Source of the DNA: Bacteroidota bacterium
Lineage (GTDB): Bacteria; Bacteroidota; Bacteroidia; AKYH767-A; OLB10
Length of the DNA stretch: 64,000 nt
Assembly: GCA_031418215.1 (NCBI GenBank)
Contig: JANOXC010000119.1
Span: forward strand, 4,245 to 68,244
Direction of reading: 5' to 3'
The notes beneath the pieces were generated by a model, which was not told where the DNA came from, did no database searches, and saw only the letters and a list, made by a program, of their open reading frames with translations. The position numbers and the translations under genes are program-made. Each line of letters opens with the position of its first letter. The stretch's first letter is position 1. Below are positions 37,080 to 47,656 of this stretch, one piece after another.

Positions 37080-37586
37080 TTAAATTTTAGTTTTAACGGC
37101 ATCCCATGTTTTTATTTGCCAAATTGGAAAGCCTATACAGATGAGATTGTTTTTCCCATCAAAAACCTCGATATTTAATTCCTTTACCAAGGAGCCTGCA
37201 GATTGCAATGGGATAATTATTTCATCTGAAATCCATTTTGCAGGCAATTGAAACCTGGCAAACACATCCTGCTTAGCCTGGTATTTATAAACAATATTCA
37301 ATTGCTGCAATATGAAACGGTATTTTGATGTGTCAATCGTCCTAGCAAGAGTTATGCCTGAAATATATTCACATAAGGTGGCCAAGGCGCATGCATGTAT
37401 ACTATTGATGTGATTTTTATTGCTTCTTATGAAGGGCAAAATCATTGTAATAGCGTCATCTTCTACGCTTACAATTTTAATATGATGCGGGTTGTTAAAC
37501 GGAATTTTTCGTTGCAATAGTAGGTTAAGCAACCAGCGATGAACAACAGATTTCTGTGCATTATCAATCAATTTTGCAATCATCAT
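37080..37586 (-). CDS. Hot-dog-fold thioesterase-like protein (DUF4442/YiiD C-terminal type)
   Basis: IPFN.PH.I and NKNHINSIHACALATLCE motifs. Confidence 0.8.
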   Translation of the reverse strand: MMIAKLIDNAQKSVVHRWLLNLLLQRKIPFNNPHHIKIVSVEDDAITMILPFIRSNKNHINSIHACALATLCEYISGITLARTIDTSKYRFILQQLNIVYKYQAKQDVFARFQLPAKWISDEIIIPLQSAGSLVKELNIEVFDGKNNLICIGFPIWQIKTWDAVKTKI

Positions 37587-37638
37587 TGTAAATAAAAATT
37601 ATTATTCATTGGAAAATAAATCACACTTAATCAATAAG

Positions 37639-38643
37639 TCACTTAATGACATTCGACAGTTTTTCATAAGCCTTTAAAAGTTCTTGTTCCATCCTGTCAA
37701 CAATTTCTTTACAGCTCGCGATATCATCAATCATTTCAACGCTCTGCCCTGCACACCATAATGTCTGATAATTGCCCGGCTTAACAGCCCTTTCCAATTT
37801 TTGAAGGCCTCTCACTTGTACCAGCATTTTAAAATATTTTTTTGTGAATGAATTTCTATTCATCCATCGCTCGAGCCAGTTTTGGTGAAGCCCAATTTTT
37901 TGCGCATAAGGTGTATTAATAACTGAGCATGGCGTTCCTGAAAGTCTTTCAGTCATTACAATATCTTCCATGCCTGAATCCACTACTGACTGTTTATATT
38001 CCTCACTTACCTTCGCTTCAATAGTTGCGATAAAACGGGTTCCTATACTTACACCCTGAGCACCACAAGCCAGCATGGATAGCATTGCTTCCCCTGTGGC
38101 CACGCCACCGGCAGCAACCACAGGAATATTCGGAAAATGCTTTTTCAACGAAGGGATCAATATATAATTTGGATGAGGCCCTGCATGTCCGCCTGCTCCC
38201 AAACCTACAGCAATAAAACCATCACATCCTAATGAAGCTGCTTTCTTAGCATGAACCAGATTGGTGACATCACAAAACACTTTTGCACCGTAAGCATGTG
38301 CCTTTTCGATTACTTCTGAAGGATTGCCAAGGCTGGTAATGAAAAAAGGCACCTTTCGTGATATGCAAATTTCAAGGTGTTTTTTATAAAGCGGATTCGT
38401 TTGCTGAACAATAATGTTAACTCCAAAGTTGCCAGGCTTCCCCTGCTGGGACAGCATGGACAGGTGAAGATTATCAATGATGTCTTCCAGCGCTCCTTCT
38501 TTTCGGTAATTTAACGTTGGAAAAGTGCTCATGATCCCGGATTGAATCCCGGCAATCATCATTTCCTCATTGGAAACCAAAAACATGGGTGCCATTATTA
38601 CAGGGAACCTGATGTTTAATAACCTTGTCAATTCATTTTGCAC
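37639..38643 (-). CDS. Nitronate monooxygenase/FabK-like flavoprotein
   Basis: APMFLVS, GAGGHAG, VVAAGG and GVSIGTRFIAT.EA motifs. Confidence 0.9.
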   Translation of the reverse strand: MQNELTRLLNIRFPVIMAPMFLVSNEEMMIAGIQSGIMSTFPTLNYRKEGALEDIIDNLHLSMLSQQGKPGNFGVNIIVQQTNPLYKKHLEICISRKVPFFITSLGNPSEVIEKAHAYGAKVFCDVTNLVHAKKAASLGCDGFIAVGLGAGGHAGPHPNYILIPSLKKHFPNIPVVAAGGVATGEAMLSMLACGAQGVSIGTRFIATIEAKVSEEYKQSVVDSGMEDIVMTERLSGTPCSVINTPYAQKIGLHQNWLERWMNRNSFTKKYFKMLVQVRGLQKLERAVKPGNYQTLWCAGQSVEMIDDIASCKEIVDRMEQELLKAYEKLSNVIK

Positions 38644-38774
38644 GTGCTATGTCCGTTTTTAACATTGATAGTGTAAATCTCTTTCTTTTTATACTATTGA
38701 AGGCGTCCCTTTAAATAATTTTATTTTAGTTTTATCAACTGGAAAAAGGTCATCAATCAACTATAAGAAAAATC

Positions 38775-40538
38775 ATGGAAGTTAAGCGCTTGTTTGATCT
38801 AATAGCAAATTATCTCGAAGCATTCCCCGGAAAGAAGGATGCTTTAGCCAGTAAGGAGAACGGTGCATGGCAGACTTATAGTATTGACACCTTTGCCGAA
38901 AACGTTGCGTTGGTGAGTTATGGCCTGATGGCTATGGGCCTGAAAAAGGGTGATAAGATCGTCACTTTAAGTAATAACCGGCCTGAATGGAACTTTCTCG
39001 ATCTAGGCATGTTGCAGATTGGCTGTGTACATGTTCCTATTTATCCAACTATCAGCGATATCGACTTAAAATATATATTGCACGATGCAGATGTAAAATT
39101 GATTGTGGTGTCAAGTATTGAGCTGTGGGACAAAATACAAACAGCCATAGAAGGAATAACCCTTAAAGGTGCTTTTACTTTTAATGATATTCCGGGCAAA
39201 CCGCATTGGACAGCAATTCTTGATGAAGGAAGAAAGAATCAGCAGCAGAACGAACTTGAAACAATAAAAAACTCGATTGATGCCGATGATCTGGCTACTT
39301 TGCTCTATACTTCTGGAACAACAGGTGTTCCAAAAGGAGTAATGTTATCTCATAACAATATTGTAAGTCAACTTTATGCTGCCTGGAAATTATGCCCTGT
39401 TGGTGTAAATGGAAAGGCATTAAGTTTTTTACCGCTTAATCATGTATATGAAAGGGTTCTAACCTATTTATATATGTTTAAAGGTGTTTCCATTTATTAT
39501 GCGGAGAGTATTGAAAAGGTATCCGACAATCTCAAAGAAGTGCAACCTCATATTTTCGGCTGTGTGCCACGTTTGTTTGAGCGGGTATATGATAGGATTG
39601 TAGCCAAAGGCAGTGAATTGTCGGGTATTAAAAGTAAACTTTTTTTATGGGCGCTAAATCTTGGATTAAGGTATGAAATCAACGGTGCGAATGGCTGGTG
39701 GTATGGACTGCAATTATATATAGCACGAAAACTGGTCTTCGTCAAATGGCAGGAAGCGCTGGGCGGCAATGTGCAGGTTGCCATCAGCGGCGGTGCTGCA
39801 TTACAACCACGTTTGGCAAGGGTGTTTTGGGCAGCAGGCATTCCTTTGTTGGAAGGATATGGACTTACAGAAACAAGTCCGGTAATTACCGTGAATACAT
39901 TAGAGCCGGGCGGACTTCGTTTTGGCACCGTTGGCAAACCATTAGATAAAGTAACAGTCAAAATCGCTGAAGATGGCGAAGTGCTTTGCAAAGGACCCAA
40001 TGTCATGCTAGGATATTATAAACATCCTGAATTAACTGCTGAAGTTATTGATAAAGATGGCTGGTTTCATACAGGAGACATTGGTGAAATGGAAGAAAAC
40101 TTTTACCTGAAAATTACAGATCGCAAGAAAGAGATTTTTAAAACCTCAGGAGGAAAATATATTATTCCACAGATGCTGGAAAATAAACTCAAGGAATCAC
40201 GTTTTGTTGAGCAGGCTATGGTAATAGGTGAAAATCAGAAATATGCTGCAGCCTTTATTGTTCCTGCATTCGTTTTTGTAAAAGACTGGGCTGAGAAAAA
40301 AGGAATGAAATTTAATTCCAATGAAGATATTATTCAGAACAAAGTAGTTCGTGAAAAAATCAAAGAGGAAATTGAACAAATAAACAAGTCGCTGGGAAAT
40401 TTTGAAACGATAAAGAAATTTGAGTTGCTCCCAACTGAATGGACAGTTGATGCCGGCGAGCTAACCCCGAAATTAAGTTTGAAGCGCAGAGTAATTTCAG
40501 ATCGAAATAAGGAGTTATTTGATAAGATTTATATTTAA
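38775..40538 (+). CDS. Long-chain fatty acid-CoA ligase
   Basis: YTSGTTGVPKG, EGYGLTETSP and GWFHTGDIG adenylation motifs. Confidence 0.95.
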   Translation: MEVKRLFDLIANYLEAFPGKKDALASKENGAWQTYSIDTFAENVALVSYGLMAMGLKKGDKIVTLSNNRPEWNFLDLGMLQIGCVHVPIYPTISDIDLKYILHDADVKLIVVSSIELWDKIQTAIEGITLKGAFTFNDIPGKPHWTAILDEGRKNQQQNELETIKNSIDADDLATLLYTSGTTGVPKGVMLSHNNIVSQLYAAWKLCPVGVNGKALSFLPLNHVYERVLTYLYMFKGVSIYYAESIEKVSDNLKEVQPHIFGCVPRLFERVYDRIVAKGSELSGIKSKLFLWALNLGLRYEINGANGWWYGLQLYIARKLVFVKWQEALGGNVQVAISGGAALQPRLARVFWAAGIPLLEGYGLTETSPVITVNTLEPGGLRFGTVGKPLDKVTVKIAEDGEVLCKGPNVMLGYYKHPELTAEVIDKDGWFHTGDIGEMEENFYLKITDRKKEIFKTSGGKYIIPQMLENKLKESRFVEQAMVIGENQKYAAAFIVPAFVFVKDWAEKKGMKFNSNEDIIQNKVVREKIKEEIEQINKSLGNFETIKKFELLPTEWTVDAGELTPKLSLKRRVISDRNKELFDKIYI

Positions 40539-40637
40539 TTCATTCAGGGTTATATATTAACTCGTTCAACTATCTGTAGTGCTTAACAACTCTTATTCGG
40601 TTACTGGCTTTCTAATTATAAACTGTTTAATATAATA

Positions 40638-41018
40638 ATGCCTAAAACTGAAATGCAAAGCTCTTTTAGTATGAAGCAAAGGTTGCTGAGTTTTAAATAT
40701 GCTGTTAATGGATTGGTCGTTTTATTCAAGTCGGAGCATAATGCACACATCCATACAATAGCCGCTGTAGTAGCGATTTTTCTTGGTTGGTTTTTAAAAA
40801 TTGAAAAGGGTGAATGGCTTTGGATCATTTTAGCAATTGGAATGGTATTTATTACAGAGCTGCTAAATTCAGCAATAGAATATTTAGCCGATGTTGTAAG
40901 TCCGGGGCAGCATGAGAAAATTGGTAAAGTGAAGGACCTTTCAGCCGGCGCAGTGCTGGTCGCAGCAATTATTGCCTTACTTATTGGTTGCATGATTTTT
41001 ATTCCCAAACTGGCTTAA
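40638..41018 (+). CDS. dgkA: Diacylglycerol/undecaprenol kinase family protein
   Basis: ELLNSAIEYLAD and KVKDLSAGAVL motifs; three TM segments. Confidence 0.88.
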   Translation: MPKTEMQSSFSMKQRLLSFKYAVNGLVVLFKSEHNAHIHTIAAVVAIFLGWFLKIEKGEWLWIILAIGMVFITELLNSAIEYLADVVSPGQHEKIGKVKDLSAGAVLVAAIIALLIGCMIFIPKLA

Positions 41019-41157
41019 CCTTTTTCTTAAAAAATCTGAATCAACAACTAATACTTCTTCACTATTAACGGTTGGTATTTTCAAGTTTTTTACTTTAGCG
41101 TTCACGCCACATTGAGAACAGATTCTTATCTTCACCTTATTAAATAAATCAGCAGCA

Positions 41158-42225
41158 ATGTCAAGTGTAAAATTCCTTCATCAAAACAGTGCATTTTATG
41201 ATACTGTAAAAAAACGTGTGGATGAGTATTTCATACAAAACAAAATTTCCACCTATGGCAATTGGAAACTATACAGTAAAACGTTAACGTTGATTCCTGC
41301 AGCTATTATCATTTATTTTTCTGTACTCTTCATATCGCTGCCTCCTGTAATTGCCATTTTACTTTGCGGGTTGCTAGGTTTTGTGATGGCCAGTATTGGT
41401 TTTAATGTAATGCATGATGCTTGCCATGGGAGCTACTCTTCTAAAAAGTGGCTTAATAATATACTTGGATTGACATTGAATTGCCTAGGGGGAAACGCCT
41501 TTCTTTGGAAAATAAAACACAACATCGTTCATCACACCTACCCCAATGTCGATGGCATGGATGATGACATTGCCAAGTTTCCTGTTATCCGTCAATGCCA
41601 CTCTCAGCCTTATGTAAAAATACACCGCTACCAACATATTTATAGTGTGCTGGTGTATGCACTCTCCTCCTTCCTTTGGGCTTTTGTGATGGATTTCGTT
41701 AAATACTTCGGTCAGAAAATATATACTACGCCAATTAGTAAAATAAGCAGAAAGGAGCATTTTATTTTCTGGGGCAGTAAAATATTGTATGTGTGTTTTT
41801 ATGTTGCACTGCCCATTTATTTATTGGGATTTACTCCATGGCTCATTGGTTTTACTGCCATGCATTTGGTTATGGGTCTTACTTTGGCAATGGTATTCCA
41901 ATTGGCACATGTTGTTGAAGACACTCATTTTGAAGACGCTGAAAAATCAAAAACGATTGAAGTAGAATGGGCTGTTCACCAAGTGCGGTCTACAGCCAAT
42001 TTTGCCATGAACAATAAGTTTATCTCCTGGCTGGTGGGTGGCTTAAATTTCCAGATTGAACATCATCTTTTCCCACGAATCAGCCATGTGCACTACCCGG
42101 CCATCAGTAAATTTGTTCAGGAAAGTTGTGAGCAATACCATATTAAATACGTTCACTTCCCAACGATGGGTGCTGCAATTAATTCGCATTTTCGGTTTAT
42201 GAGAGCACTTGGTGCCGGGCATTAA
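41158..42225 (+). CDS. Membrane acyl-CoA/fatty acid desaturase
   Basis: His boxes HDACH, HNIVHH and QIEHHLFP. Confidence 0.93.
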   Translation: MSSVKFLHQNSAFYDTVKKRVDEYFIQNKISTYGNWKLYSKTLTLIPAAIIIYFSVLFISLPPVIAILLCGLLGFVMASIGFNVMHDACHGSYSSKKWLNNILGLTLNCLGGNAFLWKIKHNIVHHTYPNVDGMDDDIAKFPVIRQCHSQPYVKIHRYQHIYSVLVYALSSFLWAFVMDFVKYFGQKIYTTPISKISRKEHFIFWGSKILYVCFYVALPIYLLGFTPWLIGFTAMHLVMGLTLAMVFQLAHVVEDTHFEDAEKSKTIEVEWAVHQVRSTANFAMNNKFISWLVGGLNFQIEHHLFPRISHVHYPAISKFVQESCEQYHIKYVHFPTMGAAINSHFRFMRALGAGH

Positions 42226-42283
42226 TGATTGGCAAATGTAAACTGAATCCAAAAGTTGTTTCAGCAGTTAAATTACCCTACTT

Positions 42284-42408
42284 TGTCATGCTGAGGAACG
42301 AAGCATCTAGAGTATTTACTTCAAGAATATTACATCTTTAAAATCAACAAATTTGACAACAACAAGGTTCAGAGATTCTTCACCGGGGTGAAGCTTGTTT
42401 AGAATTGA
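42284..42408. repeat. Degenerate REP-like palindromic element
   Basis: Left arm TGTCATGCTGAGGAACGAAGCATCT; right part GAGATTCTTCAC... with a perfect 7-bp stem CTTCACC-gg-GGTGAAG (42378-42393). Confidence 0.6.
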
Positions 42409-42483
42409 AGATGGTTACAACTGGCAGTTTGAATTTTATTCAATCAAACCACTTAAACTATTTTATACCATTCAACCCTCATT

Positions 42484-45411
42484 CTAATACCCAAAAATAT
42501 TCTCCAACCCCATTTCATTCACTTCACCATACTTCTCCAGTGATTTGAAATCCAGTCTTTCTTTCTTTCCAAGCACCATGATGGTGTAACTTTTATTCTT
42601 AATATATTGTTCTTGGAATTTGCTTATGTCGCTTAAAGTTAATGATTGCGCATTTTTGTAAATGTCTTTTCTTCTGTCATAATCATAACCTAACTTTTTA
42701 TAACTGTCACGCACAAATAATACATCGCCTTTAGTGATTCTTTCTGTTTGTATGGATTTTAACAATGCATCCTTTGCCTGATTAAACCCTGATTCTGTCA
42801 ATGGCATATCATTTAGTAGTTCAGTCATGCCGGCCATCGCTTCCGGAAGTTTATCAGCCTGTGAACCAATGTATGCAAAGTTGAAATAGGACTTATATCG
42901 ATCAAGTGGTTCGCGAATGGTAGAGCTCACTGAATACGCCAGTGCTTTGCTTTCCCGCAAGGTCTGAAACACCAGACTTGACATACTGCCTCCGAAATAT
43001 TCATTATATAAAGCAACTTTGGGGCTTAGGTCTTTATTAAATAAATCTCCCTTTGACATCATAATGATCTCCGCTTGTTTCATATCGTAATTGAATACAA
43101 ACAAACGGTTTACATCACTCTTCATTTCTTCAAATTTTACCGGTGGCATAATAGCCTGGAATCCTTTTGGCACTTTGTGATATTTGTTCAATAGTGTTGT
43201 TAGTAATTCCACTTTCTCAGGACCGTAATAACTGATACGATGATCAAAACCTGTCAGGTTTTTAATAATATTAGTAAGTTCTACCGCACGAATAGCTCTT
43301 AACTCCTGCTCAGAAAGCAAATTGGTACTGGGATTTTTTGCTCCATATTTCGCATACTGCTGCATCAATCCAAGTATGGCGCGTTTATTTAATTTGGCAT
43401 CGCTACGTCTTTTCAATACATCATCGATATAATTTTCCAGCGCTTCTTCATCGGGCTTCGGGTTGGTAATAAATTCTTCAAATAATAATAATGCAGAAGC
43501 AAAATTTTCCTTTAAACCTGATAGCGAAATATAGCACTGATCTTCAGAACGAGAAACGGTATAATCGCATCCTAACTTGTAAAACTCCTGTTTTAGCTGA
43601 GCTGCTGTCAATGTTGTTGAACCAAGGTACTCCAGATAATCAATAGCCAAACCCAATTTTTTATTGTGATTGGTACCCATGTCCAATATATAATATAGGT
43701 CGAACAGGTTATTCTCTTTATTCTGAACATAACTCACTTCTATGCCACTTGTTAATTTGAATTTTTGAATTGCTTTATCAAAATCTACAAATTCAGGTTG
43801 AACGGGATTCACTTTCGCTGTAACAATGCTTTTTAAAAAGGGTGACTGATCATCACGGTTCACAGCGATAGGCGTAATTTGCGGCTTCGCAACTTTTACA
43901 ACGCTTTTATCTTCACCGGTACGTTTATATACAATCACGTAATTATTGTTGTAATTTGCCTTTACGAAATCAATGATTTGTTGCTTTGTGATTTTCGACA
44001 TGCGATCAAGCTGGTTCACTGCATCTGCATAGGGTACGCCTGACACCTCTGATTCCATCATAAAGGAAGACCGTCCCGAATTTGATTCGAAACTCTTGGA
44101 CTGCTCCAGTTTTAACTGGTTGATGACAGCTATTAAAATCCAGTTGGGGAAATTTCCTTTTTTCATTTCTTCCAATTGACCAAGCAACAGATCGCGCACC
44201 TCTTCTAAATTTTGTCCATCGCGAGCCCGTCCCGACAATGAATGCACACTATAATCTTTCATAGTATTTGTAGAAGAACCTGATGTTAAAACTTTTTGTG
44301 CCTGATTAAGATTTAAATCAAGTAATCCGGCTTGTCCGTTGCTTAGTATCATATCCACCATGGTCATCATATCAGCATCGTTACTTGATGCGCCATTGAA
44401 ACGATAATTTATGGTTACACTTTCTGCATCCGGACCATAAACATTCTTAATGATGGGTGCTGTGATTGGTTTCTCAGGCGTAAATGTAAATGCAGGAATT
44501 TCTTTACGCGGCATCCCACCAAACTTTTCGTCAATTACCTTAATCATTTCATCCGGATTAAAATCTCCGGAAAATGAAATCACCATGTTATTGGGTACAT
44601 AATAGGTATTAAAATACTCCTGGATTTTTTTCAATGATGGATTTTTCAAATGCTCCACTGTTCCGATAGTTGTTTGCGTACCATAAGGATGTGATTGAAA
44701 AAGTGATGCGTTTGAAGTCTCATAAATCTTACGGCCATCATTATCCAAAGCCCTGTTTTTTTCCTCATAAACCGCCTCCAACTCAGTATGAAAACCACGC
44801 ATCACCGGTTTACGAAATCGTTCAGCGGAAACCGAAAGAAATGGCACCATATAATTTGAAGGAACATCATTAACATAAACAGTTTGCTCAACTGAGGTAA
44901 AAGCATTCGTTCCTTCAACTCCCATAGCCGTCATCATTTTATCAAATTCATTCGGAATGGCAAATTGAGATGCCAAGCCTGAAACTGCATCTATCTGGCG
45001 GTAGGCAGCAACTCTTTGCAAACTATCTGTAATCTTACCGTAAGCATCGTATAAATTGTAAATGGAATCGAGATATACCTTTTCTTTAGTAAAATCCTTT
45101 GTTCCATATTGATCTGTTCCTTTAAAAAGCATATGCTCAAGGTAATGCGCCAAGCCTGTTGCATCAGCCGGATCTGTCTTACTTCCAGCCTTAACGCCAA
45201 TCATCGATTGAAAGCGAGGCTCATCTTTATATACAGAAAGATAAACCTTCAGACCGTTCTTCAATTCATAAATTCTGGCTTTCAAAGGATCGCCCGGAAT
45301 GGTAATGTATTGATAATCCCTAGCAAGAGGTGGTTTTGCAGGCTGAGAAAATGAGGTTGTGCCGGTAAAAATCATTACTGCTGCTGCGATGATAAACTTG
45401 AGTACTTTCAT
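42484..45411 (-). CDS. M16 (insulinase-family) zinc peptidase
   Basis: Inverted zincin motif HYLEH, NAFTS and ELEAVYEE; TATATTTG box at 45434-45441 (minus). Confidence 0.95.
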   Translation of the reverse strand: MKVLKFIIAAAVMIFTGTTSFSQPAKPPLARDYQYITIPGDPLKARIYELKNGLKVYLSVYKDEPRFQSMIGVKAGSKTDPADATGLAHYLEHMLFKGTDQYGTKDFTKEKVYLDSIYNLYDAYGKITDSLQRVAAYRQIDAVSGLASQFAIPNEFDKMMTAMGVEGTNAFTSVEQTVYVNDVPSNYMVPFLSVSAERFRKPVMRGFHTELEAVYEEKNRALDNDGRKIYETSNASLFQSHPYGTQTTIGTVEHLKNPSLKKIQEYFNTYYVPNNMVISFSGDFNPDEMIKVIDEKFGGMPRKEIPAFTFTPEKPITAPIIKNVYGPDAESVTINYRFNGASSNDADMMTMVDMILSNGQAGLLDLNLNQAQKVLTSGSSTNTMKDYSVHSLSGRARDGQNLEEVRDLLLGQLEEMKKGNFPNWILIAVINQLKLEQSKSFESNSGRSSFMMESEVSGVPYADAVNQLDRMSKITKQQIIDFVKANYNNNYVIVYKRTGEDKSVVKVAKPQITPIAVNRDDQSPFLKSIVTAKVNPVQPEFVDFDKAIQKFKLTSGIEVSYVQNKENNLFDLYYILDMGTNHNKKLGLAIDYLEYLGSTTLTAAQLKQEFYKLGCDYTVSRSEDQCYISLSGLKENFASALLLFEEFITNPKPDEEALENYIDDVLKRRSDAKLNKRAILGLMQQYAKYGAKNPSTNLLSEQELRAIRAVELTNIIKNLTGFDHRISYYGPEKVELLTTLLNKYHKVPKGFQAIMPPVKFEEMKSDVNRLFVFNYDMKQAEIIMMSKGDLFNKDLSPKVALYNEYFGGSMSSLVFQTLRESKALAYSVSSTIREPLDRYKSYFNFAYIGSQADKLPEAMAGMTELLNDMPLTESGFNQAKDALLKSIQTERITKGDVLFVRDSYKKLGYDYDRRKDIYKNAQSLTLSDISKFQEQYIKNKSYTIMVLGKKERLDFKSLEKYGEVNEMGLENIFGY

Positions 45412-45481
45412 TGTGTAGATTTTAAATGGAAGGCAAATATAATCACTTGTTCAATGCTTTATTTATTCGCAATTTCGCAGG

Positions 45482-46576
45482 GTGAGAATCCGGATACTCC
45501 TCTTGACAGTTTGTCTATTATTTTCCTTGTCATCTGATGCATCGGGTACATTTAGCAATGCTAAAAATCCATTATCAATTGAAGATCAATCCATTTCAAC
45601 TATTCGATTGGTTGGCACATCAGTAATTGCTGATTTTCAATATGATGACACTTGCCAAAACAGCCCAACACAATTTACATTGATTTTTAGCGGGCCGGAT
45701 TCTGTTTTCTGGAATTTTGGAGATCTTCCGAGTGGCGCATTAAATAACTCAACGGTTTTAAATCCACAACATATATATACTACTTCGGGCAATAAAACAG
45801 TGCAATGCATTGTGTATGCAGGCGGCTTCCCGGATACAGCAATAAAAACAATCAACATCATATCCGAACCATTAATTTTTCCTACAACTGATTCAACTAT
45901 TTGCAGTGGAAACACCGTTTTTCTCGATGTTACCAATATCGTTCCCGGTTTTTCTTTTCAATGGAATGATGGCTATCCTGACCCTTACCGTTTTATTGAT
46001 ACAGATGGCACCTATATAGCAACTGTTAGCATTGGTAGTTGCACAAAGACATCCGCTTTTACCTTACACACCCTTGATGAACCCAATGTTTATCTTGGAG
46101 AAGATACCGTTTTATGTAGTGGGGGAAGTTGGTTGCTGAATGCATCTTTTCCTTCATCAAATTATCTTTGGCAAGATGGTAGCACTGCACCTACATATAC
46201 AGCCTATTCAACCAGGACTTATGGTGTTCAGGTAAGTAATCAATGTGGTATTGCTGCTGATTCAATCTACCTGGAATTTGATGAATGCAGCTGTAATGTA
46301 TACTTTCCAAGTGCATTTACCCCAAACAGCGACAATCACAATGAACAATTCAACTTCAATTATGATTGCCTCGATTTTCAATCAAACATTAAAATATTCA
46401 GTCGCTGGGGTAATTTGGTTTTCGAAAGCGATGATGCTGCAGTTGGATGGGATGGTACTTATAAAGGTAAAGACGCAATTGAAGATATATATATATATAT
46501 TCTTAAATATAGCGGTGTTATTGACGGCACCTCTCAGGAAATTGTTAAACGGGGTACTTTTTTGCTGATGCGTTAG
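45482..46576 (+). CDS. PKD-domain protein with T9SS type B (gliding motility-associated) C-terminal domain
   Basis: WNFGD PKD motif, Ig repeats, and C-terminal FPSAFTPNSD.HNE.F...IFSRWG..VF...GWDG. Confidence 0.9.
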   Translation: MRIRILLLTVCLLFSLSSDASGTFSNAKNPLSIEDQSISTIRLVGTSVIADFQYDDTCQNSPTQFTLIFSGPDSVFWNFGDLPSGALNNSTVLNPQHIYTTSGNKTVQCIVYAGGFPDTAIKTINIISEPLIFPTTDSTICSGNTVFLDVTNIVPGFSFQWNDGYPDPYRFIDTDGTYIATVSIGSCTKTSAFTLHTLDEPNVYLGEDTVLCSGGSWLLNASFPSSNYLWQDGSTAPTYTAYSTRTYGVQVSNQCGIAADSIYLEFDECSCNVYFPSAFTPNSDNHNEQFNFNYDCLDFQSNIKIFSRWGNLVFESDDAAVGWDGTYKGKDAIEDIYIYILKYSGVIDGTSQEIVKRGTFLLMR

Positions 46577-46655
46577 AAAAGGGTTTAAGGTTTTGTGATT
46601 AAAGTTTAGGGTTTAAAATAGTTTGTATTAGTTTGAATTGTTTTGAAATGTTAAA
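46577..46655. repeat. Degenerate GGTTTAA/GTTTGAA heptamer tract (reverse complement of the TTAAACC family)
   Basis: AAGGGTTTAAGGTTTTGTG...AAAGTTTAGGGTTTAAA...GTTTGAATTGTTTTGAA directly after the stop codon. Confidence 0.65.
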
Positions 46656-46716
46656 AAATAACAATAGAAGTTAATGCTATTTTTAGCAGCACATATTTCA
46701 AATACACTCCCTACAA

Positions 46717-46796
46717 CTTCATCGCTTCATCGCTTCATCGCTTAATCGCTTAATCGCTTAATCGCTTAATCACTTCATCACCTCATCGCTTAATCA
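46717..46796. repeat. Octamer tandem array (CTTMATCR)x10
   Basis: CTTCATCG x3, CTTAATCG x3, CTTAATCA, CTTCATCA, CCTCATCG, CTTAATCA; the last unit contains the TGA stop of the 46794-47504 gene. Confidence 0.92.
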
Positions 46797-47504
46797 CTTC
46801 AACAACTCCTCCTCCCCATTTTTATAAATAACTTCTTTTACAACAACACCGGTCTCGTCAAACTGCTGCCATTTACCATCGCGTTCACCGTTTTTATAAA
46901 TTCCTTTTTCACGTAACTTGCCTTCAGGATAATATAAAACTGATGGCCCATTCTCTTTTCCGTTTTTATATTGGATTTCAAAAATGAGTCTCCCTTCATC
47001 ATTATACTCTTTTACAATGCCATCTTTTTCACCTTTGGAATAGCTCACCTCATGAGCCAGCACTCCATTTTGATAAAAAACTTTCCATACCCCATCGGCA
47101 GCACCATTTTTATAATGTTCTATTGTACTGATTGAATCAGTTGCTGCCTGATAATAAATCCAGACACTATCCTTTAATTGGTTGTTGTAAAATCCTTTTG
47201 CTAAAATCTTTCCACTTTCAAAATAGGTAGTGACTTTCGCTAATTTTCCCTTGCCTTCAAAACGAACCTCCCCCTTTAATTTCCCTGATTCATACCAAGT
47301 GCGTGTAATGCCAACAGGCTTATCATCTTTGAAAATCGTTTCACTGCAAAGCGTATCAGTACGGTAATATTTCTGCCATTTCCCTTGCTTCATTCCTTTA
47401 CTATCTTTTCTATTGATGGTATCACCTTTATAAACCTGGAATGACTGACTGAAAGAAAAGACTGAATAAATGCTCAATAAAGCTGCTAAAATGATCCGTT
47501 TCAT
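46794..47504 (-). CDS. MORN-variant repeat protein (YwqK-like annotation class), secreted
   Basis: Repeated G.W..YY.NG.L...G.YKNG...G units; signal peptide; TAAATTTG box at 47510-47517 (minus). Confidence 0.85.
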   Translation of the reverse strand: MKRIILAALLSIYSVFSFSQSFQVYKGDTINRKDSKGMKQGKWQKYYRTDTLCSETIFKDDKPVGITRTWYESGKLKGEVRFEGKGKLAKVTTYFESGKILAKGFYNNQLKDSVWIYYQAATDSISTIEHYKNGAADGVWKVFYQNGVLAHEVSYSKGEKDGIVKEYNDEGRLIFEIQYKNGKENGPSVLYYPEGKLREKGIYKNGERDGKWQQFDETGVVVKEVIYKNGEEELLK

Positions 47505-47656
47505 AGTTGCAAATTTATGTTAACTACGGAATAATAAATTAAAAATTGAATATAATCGTTGTCAGATTGAACCGGTTTATCAACAAAATCAATAACAAGA
47601 AAAAGTTGCCCTCATTGTTCAATGTTGGAAGTTAATCTAAAAAAACTATTTTTGGG

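Noticed and set aside
46794-47504. YwqK-type toxin-antitoxin pair
   Set aside because: Only a MORN-variant repeat protein with a signal peptide; no adjacent toxin. Such stand-alone proteins are common in Bacteroidota.
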